From positions 11,147 through 75,146 of the forward strand of contig JAHITT010000006.1 of assembly GCA_018817715.1 (NCBI GenBank): a DNA stretch of 64,000 nucleotides, written 5' to 3'. The DNA is from Patescibacteria group bacterium (GTDB taxonomy: Bacteria; Patescibacteriota; Patescibacteriia; Veblenbacterales; UBA10138). The notes under the pieces are model-generated. The model searched no databases, was not told the DNA's origin, and worked only from the letters and a program-made list of their open reading frames with translations. The position numbers and the translations under genes are program-made. Positions 38,414 through 46,851 of the stretch are shown here, piece by piece; position 1 is the stretch's first letter; each line of letters starts with the position of its first letter.

Positions 38414-39037
38414 ATGTCTCATCGATTAGGAACGATACCGGGCATTGTTATTAAAGAAGCTAGCCTAGCTAATGGTTCAAGCTTGGTTTCCATAATGAAG
38501 GCAGTGGCGGAAGGTGAAGTGGAAGTAAGAACTAAAGGTTTAGTAGTGGCTATTTGCGGTGGAAGTAGTTTGGCTCAGGATGATATTAATTGTTATAAAG
38601 CTCAGCAATTAGCCGCTGGTGTAGCTGCTCGAGGCGGGGTAATTGTCAACGGTGGAGAAAATAGCGGCCTTATGTTGGCGGTAGCCAGTGTGATTAGGGA
38701 TAGTGTTTTGGGAGTGGCTTGTCCTTATCATCAAACTATTCCTTATATAAACAAAACTATAGTGAATTCTTACCAAACTAGAAAAATGATAATAACAGTT
38801 ATGCCAACCGTGGTATTTTTTACCGGCCAGGTCGGCACTTTGGACGAGCTTATGACGACCATTGGTTGGGTTAAATCTTTGCTTAAACAAAATGCTTTAC
38901 CGCCTAATATATGGGTAGATGATTATTGGTGGGATGTGTTAGACTTACTAAACAATAAAAATGCCATTCAGGATAACGTTTGGCAGTATATTCATAAATT
39001 TACAGAAGTTGATGAAATATTAAAGTCTTTTGTTTAA
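38414..39037 (+). CDS. LOG/SLOG family nucleotide monophosphate nucleosidase-like protein
   Basis: ICGGSS, NGGENSGLM, RK, FTGQVGTLDEL. Confidence 0.75.
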   Translation: MSHRLGTIPGIVIKEASLANGSSLVSIMKAVAEGEVEVRTKGLVVAICGGSSLAQDDINCYKAQQLAAGVAARGGVIVNGGENSGLMLAVASVIRDSVLGVACPYHQTIPYINKTIVNSYQTRKMIITVMPTVVFFTGQVGTLDELMTTIGWVKSLLKQNALPPNIWVDDYWWDVLDLLNNKNAIQDNVWQYIHKFTEVDEILKSFV

Positions 39038-39061
39038 ATTATTAGTAATTATTTATAAGTT

Positions 39062-39334
39062 ATGAGTCAAAAATCTTTACGTTTGGAAATATTAGAAAAA
39101 GTTTCCCAGTTAGCCACAGCTGGTTTTGGTTTAGTGGCGGCTTTAGCTTGGAACGACGCCATTCAAACCTTATTCAAGGAATTATTCGGTACTCAATCGG
39201 CGGTCTGGGCCAAATTCGGTTATGCTATATTAATAACTGTTTTAGTAGTACTGGTAACTTATAAATTGGGAAATTTAATAAATAAATTAAAAGAGCAGTT
39301 AGGTCTAAACGACCAAGAGGATAAGAAAAATTAA
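39062..39334 (+). CDS. DUF5654-like small membrane protein
   Basis: AGFGLVAALAWNDAI motif. Confidence 0.75.
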   Translation: MSQKSLRLEILEKVSQLATAGFGLVAALAWNDAIQTLFKELFGTQSAVWAKFGYAILITVLVVLVTYKLGNLINKLKEQLGLNDQEDKKN

Positions 39335-39353
39335 TTGTAAACAGTACTTAATA

Positions 39354-41081
39354 ATGGTTTTAGAAAAAAATTGGGTCGTAGCCGAGCCTGTCCAGGAAGA
39401 AATAATTGCTCGTTTTCCTAAAATAGGAAAACTGCTTTTACAATTATTGTGGAACAGGGGGATTAAACAAGCCGAGCAAATAGAAGAATATTTAAAGCCA
39501 GATTGGTTTAAAAACGTTTTGGATCCTTATTTGTTTAAACACATGACCAAAGCGGTTAAACGAATTTATGAAGCTATTGGCAATAAAGAAGTTATTGCGG
39601 TTTATGGCGATTACGACGCCGACGGCGTTTGCGCGGCTACTATTTTGTTAGATACTTTAAATAAATTAGGCGCCCAAACCGAATATTATATACCGCATCG
39701 AGAAAAAGAAGGTTATGGTTTAAAAAAGGAAGCTATTAATTATTTACAAACCAAAAAAGTTAGTTTAATAATAACTTGTGATTGTGGAATTGCTAATTTA
39801 ACTGAAGTGGCTTTTGCTAACAGTCAGGGCATAAATGTTATTATAACCGACCATCACCAAGCGCAAGACGCTTTGCCCGAAGCTTATGCTATTTTACATG
39901 CTGGTTTAGCAGAGGAAAAATATCCTTTTAAAAAACTTTCCGGTGGTGGTACAGCTTTTAAATTAGTTCAAGGTTTGTTGCGTTACGATGGTTGCCCCAT
40001 GCCAGCTAAAGCCGGGGAAGCTTGGGAAAAATGGTTATTAGATTTAGTAGCTATTTCTACTATTGCCGATATGGTTCCAGTGCAAGGAGAAAATAGAGTT
40101 TTAGTTAATTATGGTTTAACCGTGCTTAAAAAAACTCAACGTTTGGGTTTACAAAAATTAATGCAAGTAGCTAATATAAATGTTGATAAAATTAGTGCTC
40201 AAACTGTTTCTTTTCAAATTGCTCCGCGTTTAAACGCAGCTGGTCGCCTAGACCATGCCAATACGGCTTTGGCCTTATTAATGGCTAATAATGAGCAGGA
40301 AGCGACGGAATTAGCTAAATCAATTTCTTTAACCAATAGCCGCCGCCAAAAAATAACCGAAGAAATGTTTGAAGCGGCCAAAAAACAAATAGGCGAGCTG
40401 GCGGTGGATAAATATTTAGTCCAGGCCTATCAGGCTGATTGGCAATTGGGTATGGTTGGTTTAGTGGCTGGCAAGCTGGTTCAGTATTATAATCGTCCGG
40501 CTTTGGTTTTATGTGATAATAATGGGCAAATTATGGGTTCGGGCCGCAGTGGTATAGGTGATTTTGATTTAGCCGCCACTTTTACTGATTTAAAAGAATA
40601 TTTAACTAATTATGGCGGGCATAAAGAAGCGGCTGGTTTAAGTTTGCCTAAAGCCAATTTAGAAATATTTTTACAAGCCATGGATAAAGCCGCGGCTCTT
40701 AAATTAAATAAACAAAATTTATCAGCCGAGCTTAAGATTGACGCCGAACTTAAATTAGCGGAAATAAATTGGGATCTTTTACAAACAGTGTCTAAGGTTG
40801 AGCCGGTGGGCCAAACTAATCCCGGTGTATTGTTGGTTAGTCGGGGCTTGCGTTTAGAGGAAATAAATCCGGTTGGCTCGGATGGCCAGCATATTAGATT
40901 AATTATTTCTCAAGCCGGAACTAGCCAAAAGTTTATTTTTTTTAACGGAGCAACCAAAGTAATTAATTTAACCAAGGGTGCTATAATAGATGTGGTTTAT
41001 CAAGTGGGGATAAACGAATGGAATGGTAATCAAGAATTGCAATTAAAAATTATTGATATTAAAAGCCATGACCAGTCATAA
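39354..41081 (+). CDS. recJ: single-stranded DNA exonuclease RecJ
   Basis: GDYDADG, TCDCG, TDHH, PRLNAAGR, GGHKEAAG. Confidence 0.95.
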   Translation: MVLEKNWVVAEPVQEEIIARFPKIGKLLLQLLWNRGIKQAEQIEEYLKPDWFKNVLDPYLFKHMTKAVKRIYEAIGNKEVIAVYGDYDADGVCAATILLDTLNKLGAQTEYYIPHREKEGYGLKKEAINYLQTKKVSLIITCDCGIANLTEVAFANSQGINVIITDHHQAQDALPEAYAILHAGLAEEKYPFKKLSGGGTAFKLVQGLLRYDGCPMPAKAGEAWEKWLLDLVAISTIADMVPVQGENRVLVNYGLTVLKKTQRLGLQKLMQVANINVDKISAQTVSFQIAPRLNAAGRLDHANTALALLMANNEQEATELAKSISLTNSRRQKITEEMFEAAKKQIGELAVDKYLVQAYQADWQLGMVGLVAGKLVQYYNRPALVLCDNNGQIMGSGRSGIGDFDLAATFTDLKEYLTNYGGHKEAAGLSLPKANLEIFLQAMDKAAALKLNKQNLSAELKIDAELKLAEINWDLLQTVSKVEPVGQTNPGVLLVSRGLRLEEINPVGSDGQHIRLIISQAGTSQKFIFFNGATKVINLTKGAIIDVVYQVGINEWNGNQELQLKIIDIKSHDQS

Positions 41082-41490
41082 TAATTTAATTATTCGAACC
41101 GACGGTGGTGCTCGAGGCAACCCAGGGCCGGCGGCTATTGGCGTGGTGATAGAAACCTGCGCCGGCCAGGTGGTTAAAAAATTTGGACGTTATATAGGCA
41201 AGGCCACCAATAATCAGGCAGAATACCAAGCTTTATTAGCGGCCTTACAAGAAGTTCAAAAATTAAAAGCCGAGATGGTAACTTGTTATTTGGACAGTGA
41301 ATTAGTTGTTAAACAATTAAATAGAGAATATCGGGTTAAAGATCAGGCTTTAGCAGTTTTGTTTATTAAGATTTGGAATCTTTCCCAGGGTTTTAAAAAA
41401 ATCTCTTTTCATCATGTGTTAAGAGAACATAATAAAGCAGCTGATGCTTTAGTGAATGAGGCTTTGGATAAGCAGGAATTAGAAGTTTAA
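41068..41490 (+). CDS. rnhA: ribonuclease HI
   Basis: TDGGARGNPGPA, TNNQAEY, DSELVVKQ, NKAADALVN. Confidence 0.92.
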   Translation: MTSHNNLIIRTDGGARGNPGPAAIGVVIETCAGQVVKKFGRYIGKATNNQAEYQALLAALQEVQKLKAEMVTCYLDSELVVKQLNREYRVKDQALAVLFIKIWNLSQGFKKISFHHVLREHNKAADALVNEALDKQELEV

Positions 41491-41498
41491 ATTTAGTC

Positions 41499-41534
41499 TA
41501 AACGCCTCAACCTAAATATAGGTTGAGGCGTTTA
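41499..41534. terminator. bidirectional terminator
   Basis: 16-bp perfect stem TAAACGCCTCAACCTA/TAGGTTGAGGCGTTTA between rnhA and rnpB. Confidence 0.8.
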
Positions 41535-41541
41535 AGTATTT

Positions 41542-41935
41542 GCCAAACATATTCTATAAGCCGAATTCTGTATCCCGCGAACGCGGGACGATAGTTATCT
41601 ATCTAGATCGCTTTTCGCAAAGCGACTCAAGCTACCAACCCGCTCCCGCCAAGGCGGGAGCCTATTTGGTATTGCACCGAGTAGAGTTTGCCTAGCCTTT
41701 ATTGTCGCCAATAAAGCTGGTGAGCTTTTACCTCACCGTTTCACCCATCACTCCCGCCAAAAGGCGGGGGCTGGTTTGTTTTCTGTTGCACTTGTCCTGC
41801 TAATCAGGTTAAAAACTGATTAACGGTTCCTGTTAGGAATTACTCTTCCCTAAAGACGGGAACGCTATGGTGTTCGGACTTTCCTCTCCTTACCCTTATA
41901 AAGAGTAAAGGAGCAACTATCCGAATAAGCTTGGC
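41542..41935 (-). ncRNA. rnpB: RNase P RNA
   Basis: Minus strand has GAGGAAAGTCCG near the 5' end and ACAGAATTCGGCTTA near the 3' end; P1 pairing; TTGACA/TAGTTT promoter upstream. Confidence 0.93.
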
Positions 41936-42034
41936 CTAAAAAAACTAACATAAGGGTAGTAATTGTCAAGTGTTTTAAGGACCAGCTTAAGCATAGACTA
42001 AGTAGTGGTTTTTTTGCTAAAATAAAATAAGTTT

Positions 42035-43411
42035 ATGCCTAAATTACGTCTTTTTTTAGCTACTTTGGCCTTACCACTGGATTATGTACTGGTTTTTTTA
42101 GCCGGTCTAACAGCTTATCGACTTCGTTTTGAAGGTTTTATAACAGAGTTAAGGCCGGTTTTATTTGATATTGCCTGGTCTAATTTTGTTTTGACTATGG
42201 TAGTGGCGGCCGGGGTCGTAGTTGTTTTGTTTTCTTTAAACGGTTTGTATCAGTTAAATAGGCACTTAAAATTTGTTCAGGAGATAAGTCGAATAATCGC
42301 AGCCAGCACTTTAGGCCTGGCTATAATAATGGGTTGGTTCTTTTTTAACCCCACCTTGTTTGGTTCTCGTTTTATTGTTTTAGCCGCTTGGCTTTTGGTT
42401 ATAATTTTTGTTAGTTTAGGCCGAGTTTTTTTAAGATGGTTGCGTTACTATTTTTATAAAGTAGGTTATGGTGTTAGTCGTTTAGCTTTAATTGGTCAGG
42501 ATACAGCTAGTCAGGAATTAATTAATTTATTTATTAAAAATAAATCTTTGGGTTTCCAAGTCGTTGTTCAGTTAGGTATTGACCAAATAAGTAATTTAGC
42601 GGCTTGGCAAAATAAAATAGATGAAGTAATAGTTGGTGACCCTAAAAATAGCCATGATAATAATTTAAAATTATTAGAATTTTGTTCAGCTAATCATTTG
42701 GGTTTTCGTTACGCCGCCGATATGTTTGAGGCCCAAACCCATAATGTGGTAGTGCAAACTTTAGCCGGCGTGCCTTTAATTGAAATTAAAAGAACGCCCT
42801 TAGATGGTTGGGGCCGGGTGGTTAAAAGAATTTTTGATATAGTTTTTTCTTTAAGTGGTTTAATTATTTTAAGTCCGGTATTTTTGGTGTTGGCCTTGTT
42901 GGTGCTTATAGATTCTGGCCGACCGATTTGGGTGGTGTTGGATAGGGTAGCCGAAAGCAATAAATTGTTTAAACTTTATAAATTTCGTTCCATGATAAAA
43001 CAGGCGGCAGCTCTAAAATCTGATTTAATAAAGTATAATGAACGATCGGATGGACCTTTGTTTAAAATGAGCAACGACCCCAGGGTAACTTCTTTGGGCA
43101 AGCATTTGCGACGCTGGTCCTTAGACGAATTACCTCAGTTATGGAATGTTTTAAAGGGGGATATGTCTTTGGTTGGCCCTAGGCCGCATGAACCGGCCGA
43201 AGTAGCTAATTATTCTATTTATCAAAAAAAACTTTTAAATATTAAACCAGGTATTACCGGTTTAGCTCAAATATCCGGCCGGTCTAATTTAAGTTTTAAT
43301 GAAGAAGTTAAGTTAGATTTATTTTATATAGAAAATTGGTCTCTAACTCAGGATTTGTTTATATTATTCAAAACCATTTTTGTTGTTTTGGGTCGGCGTA
43401 ACGCGGTTTAA
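42035..43411 (+). CDS. undecaprenyl-phosphate sugar phosphotransferase (WcaJ/WbaP family)
   Basis: KRIFD, KFRSM, DPRVT, SLDELPQLWNVLKGDMSLVGPRP. Confidence 0.93.
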   Translation: MPKLRLFLATLALPLDYVLVFLAGLTAYRLRFEGFITELRPVLFDIAWSNFVLTMVVAAGVVVVLFSLNGLYQLNRHLKFVQEISRIIAASTLGLAIIMGWFFFNPTLFGSRFIVLAAWLLVIIFVSLGRVFLRWLRYYFYKVGYGVSRLALIGQDTASQELINLFIKNKSLGFQVVVQLGIDQISNLAAWQNKIDEVIVGDPKNSHDNNLKLLEFCSANHLGFRYAADMFEAQTHNVVVQTLAGVPLIEIKRTPLDGWGRVVKRIFDIVFSLSGLIILSPVFLVLALLVLIDSGRPIWVVLDRVAESNKLFKLYKFRSMIKQAAALKSDLIKYNERSDGPLFKMSNDPRVTSLGKHLRRWSLDELPQLWNVLKGDMSLVGPRPHEPAEVANYSIYQKKLLNIKPGITGLAQISGRSNLSFNEEVKLDLFYIENWSLTQDLFILFKTIFVVLGRRNAV

Positions 43412-43465
43412 AACTTTTTTATTTTCTATTGTTTTTAAGTACTGGTTAAGTTATTGTTACCAAAT

Positions 43466-44563
43466 ATGAAAATAGCTTTAGCTCATGATCATTTGAATCA
43501 AATTGGTGGCGCCGAAAACGTTTTAGCTGAATTTCATCGCTTTTATCCCGAAGCGCCGATTTTTACGTTATTACATGATCAGGAAGCCATGGCTAATTTT
43601 ACTAAAGATTGGGATGTACGAACTTCTTTTATACAAGATTTACCCGGGGGTTTAAGATTTTTTAAATGGTTTTTGTCTCTTATGCCGGCGGCCGTGGAGC
43701 ATTTTGATTTAAGAGATTATGATTTGGTTATTACTTCGGCTTCAGCTTTAATAAAAGGTGTTCTAGTTCAACCGGAAGCAGTAAATATTTGTTATTGCCA
43801 TACGCCGACTCGCTATTTATGGAGCGATACACATAGTTATACTTCCGATTTGCCTCAACCAAGAATTATTAAAAAGGTTTTACCTTTGGTTCTTAGTAAA
43901 TTAAGGCAGTGGGATTTTGTGGCTGCTCAAAGAGTAGACCATTATGTGGCCAATTCTAATTTTGTGGCGGCTCGCATTGCTAAATATTATCGGCGCCAGG
44001 CTAAAGTTATTTATCCGCCGGTTAATACTGATTTGTGGGGCGAACCTCAAGAGCCAGAAGATTTCTTTTTGTTGGTCTCGCGCTTACGGCCTTATAAAAA
44101 AGTGGATTTAGCCATTAAAGCCTTTAATAAACTGGGCATTCCCTTAAAAATAATCGGCAGCGGTGAGCAAACAGAAGAATTAAAAGCTTTGGCTGGAAAA
44201 AATATAGAATTTTTAGGTCAGGTAACCGATCAGGTTAAGGCGGATTATTTGGCCCGTTGTCGCGCTTTAATTCATCCCCAAGAAGAAGATTTTGGTTTAA
44301 CAGTCATTGAAGCTATGGCGGCTGGCCGGCCGGTTATCGCTTACGCGGCTGGCGGTGCTTTAGAAACCATTAACCCTGGTCAAAATGGGGTATTTTTTAA
44401 AGAACAAAGTTGGGAAGCTTTAGCCGACGCGGTTATACGTTTTCGTTATCAAGATTTTGATCAGTTGGCTATTCAACAAACCGCTACTCGTTTTTCTCGC
44501 CAGCAATTCGCTCAAAATTGGCAAGCTTATGTAGACGGTTTAAAAATAAAAAATAATTTATGA
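43466..44563 (+). CDS. glycosyltransferase family 4 (WbaZ-like)
   Basis: GGAENV, YCHTPTRYLW, EEDFGLTVIEAMA. Confidence 0.9.
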   Translation: MKIALAHDHLNQIGGAENVLAEFHRFYPEAPIFTLLHDQEAMANFTKDWDVRTSFIQDLPGGLRFFKWFLSLMPAAVEHFDLRDYDLVITSASALIKGVLVQPEAVNICYCHTPTRYLWSDTHSYTSDLPQPRIIKKVLPLVLSKLRQWDFVAAQRVDHYVANSNFVAARIAKYYRRQAKVIYPPVNTDLWGEPQEPEDFFLLVSRLRPYKKVDLAIKAFNKLGIPLKIIGSGEQTEELKALAGKNIEFLGQVTDQVKADYLARCRALIHPQEEDFGLTVIEAMAAGRPVIAYAAGGALETINPGQNGVFFKEQSWEALADAVIRFRYQDFDQLAIQQTATRFSRQQFAQNWQAYVDGLKIKNNL

Positions 44564-45711
44564 TTATCGGCCTAGATTTAAGATGTTTGCAGGATAATTG
44601 GCGAACCGGCGTGGGGGAATATGCCTGGCAAACCATTAAGCATTTAGCAGAACCTAATTTTAAATTAAATTTAATTGGTTACGCCAATGCGGCCGGTTCT
44701 ATAAAGTTGCCGGAGGATTTACCTGCTAACTTAAAATTAATCAGACAAAGAATTCCTAATCGTCTTAAGAATTTATCCTTTTATTTGGGCTTAGAAAATA
44801 TTGAATCCGCTTTAACCATTAATAAGCAGGCGCCAGATGTTTTGTGGTTACCTAATCCCATGTTTGTTAATTGGTCAGCCAGCCAGCCAGCTGTTTTAAC
44901 CGTGCATGATTTATCTTTTATTCATTATAAAAAATTTTTCCCTGGGCGTGGCCGTTTATGGTATTTTCCTATGGTTAAAAAACTTTTGCGACAATTACCC
45001 AAAACTACTAAAATTGCGGCGGTTTCTAATTATACAGCCGATGATTTGTTGGAGCAGTATCCTAATTTAACCGGTCAGGTGGAAGTTGTTTACCCAGGGG
45101 TGGAAGAAAAATATTTTCCACAAATAGCAATCGATAAACTCACGCCCGTATTGGCTAAATATAATTTGTCGCGGCCCTATTTTTTAACCTTGGGAACTAT
45201 TGAGCCTAGGAAAAATCATTTATTGCTACTTAATTTATACAGCCGTTTAGTACAAAAAAATCCAGCTTATCCCTATGATTTAGTAATAGCTGGCGCTTGG
45301 GGTTGGCGGACTAAAAAAATTTCTGCTTTATTAAAAAAATTAAAATTAGGTGATCGGGTAAAAGTTTTAGGTTATCTACCGGCTGAGGATAAACCGTTTC
45401 TTTATCAAGGCGCTAAATTATTTCTTTATCCGTCCTTTTACGAAGGCTTTGGTATGCCGGTTTTAGAAGCTATGGCTTCGGGCTTACCAGTCTTAGCCAG
45501 TCAAACTTCCTCTTTACCCGAAGTGGTGGGTGAGAGCGGTTTATTACTTAATCCTTATGATTTAAAGCCCTGGCTTAAAGCTGTGGAGCAATTAATTAGT
45601 GATGATTCTTTAGCCAGTCAATTTAGCCAAGCTGGAAGAATTAGAGCTAAAGATTTTACTTGGTCCAAAACAGCTGCCAGTTACGTGGCTTTGTTTGTAA
45701 ATAGTCAATAA
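44560..45711 (+). CDS. glycosyltransferase family 4 (mannosyltransferase-like)
   Basis: TVHDL, GTIEPRKN, YEGFGMPVLEAMA. Confidence 0.9.
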   Translation: MIIGLDLRCLQDNWRTGVGEYAWQTIKHLAEPNFKLNLIGYANAAGSIKLPEDLPANLKLIRQRIPNRLKNLSFYLGLENIESALTINKQAPDVLWLPNPMFVNWSASQPAVLTVHDLSFIHYKKFFPGRGRLWYFPMVKKLLRQLPKTTKIAAVSNYTADDLLEQYPNLTGQVEVVYPGVEEKYFPQIAIDKLTPVLAKYNLSRPYFLTLGTIEPRKNHLLLLNLYSRLVQKNPAYPYDLVIAGAWGWRTKKISALLKKLKLGDRVKVLGYLPAEDKPFLYQGAKLFLYPSFYEGFGMPVLEAMASGLPVLASQTSSLPEVVGESGLLLNPYDLKPWLKAVEQLISDDSLASQFSQAGRIRAKDFTWSKTAASYVALFVNSQ

Positions 45712-45714
45712 ATT

Positions 45715-46821
45715 ATGCGCTTAGCTATTGATGCCAGATTATTCGGTCCCAGGCAACATCGCGGTTTAGGCCGTTATCTTAGTAATTTGATTAATCAATT
45801 AGCTAAACAGGATAAGCTGAATGATTATTTTTTATTGATTAATCCCAAAAATAGCGAACAGCCTGAAAATTTGCCCAGTAATTTTCATTTAGTAAAGGCT
45901 CCTTGGCCAGTTTATGGTTTAGCTGAGCAATTTTTTTTACCCAGGTTAATTGTCAAATTAAAAGTTGATTTAGTCCACTATCCTCATTTTAATGTACCCT
46001 GGTTAACACCGCGGCCTTATTTGGTTACAGTACATGATCTTATTATTCATCATTTTCCTTTTAGTCGAACCAGTTCTTTGCCTAAGTTTTTATATTTTAT
46101 AAAATTGTCGGTTTATTATGCCGTAATTAAACGGGCAGTTAGTCGGGCCGCCCAAGTTTTAACAGTCAGCCACAGCACGGCTCAAGACTTAATAAGTCAC
46201 TATCCAAAAATTAAAAGTAAAATAGCGGTTATTTATTTGGCCCCGACCCCTAGCCAGCCAACGGATTTGCAAGTTGGTTATGATTATTTTTTGGTGGTTG
46301 GAGCAGCTTATCCGCACAAAAATTTAGAGCGTTTAATTTTAGCTTATGCGGCTGGTAATTTTGCCAATAAAAATATTAAATTGCTAGTGGTTGGTCGGGA
46401 AGATTTTTTTACTAATCGTTTAAAAAAATTAATTAAAGATAAAAATTTAGACTCGGCTGTTATTTTTTGGGGCCCAGCCAGCGAAGGGGATTTAGCCGCC
46501 CTTTATAGCCAGGCCACAGCTTATGTTTTACCTTCTTTGTGGGAGGGGTTTGGTTTTGGTCCCTTAGAAGCCCTGGCTTACCATAAGCCGGTGGTAGTAT
46601 CGGCTTTGCCAGTTCTTAAAGAAATACTCGGCCAAGCGCCAATTTATTTTAATCCGCAACAGGTGGAGGATATAAAAAATAAATTACAAGAAGCACTGGA
46701 CAAGCCAATTGCCAAAGTTTTTTCACCAGCCACCTTGCCACGGATTTATGATTGGTCTATTACTGGACAGCAAGTTTTAGCCATTTATCAATCATTTAAA
46801 ACACGACTACAGGTTGAATAA
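45715..46821 (+). CDS. glycosyltransferase family 4 (mannosyltransferase-like)
   Basis: GLGRY, TVHDL, YPHKN, EGFGFGPLEA. Confidence 0.9.
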   Translation: MRLAIDARLFGPRQHRGLGRYLSNLINQLAKQDKLNDYFLLINPKNSEQPENLPSNFHLVKAPWPVYGLAEQFFLPRLIVKLKVDLVHYPHFNVPWLTPRPYLVTVHDLIIHHFPFSRTSSLPKFLYFIKLSVYYAVIKRAVSRAAQVLTVSHSTAQDLISHYPKIKSKIAVIYLAPTPSQPTDLQVGYDYFLVVGAAYPHKNLERLILAYAAGNFANKNIKLLVVGREDFFTNRLKKLIKDKNLDSAVIFWGPASEGDLAALYSQATAYVLPSLWEGFGFGPLEALAYHKPVVVSALPVLKEILGQAPIYFNPQQVEDIKNKLQEALDKPIAKVFSPATLPRIYDWSITGQQVLAIYQSFKTRLQVE

Positions 46822-46851
46822 TTGCTCAGCTTCTCCTACAATTAACTTGTT

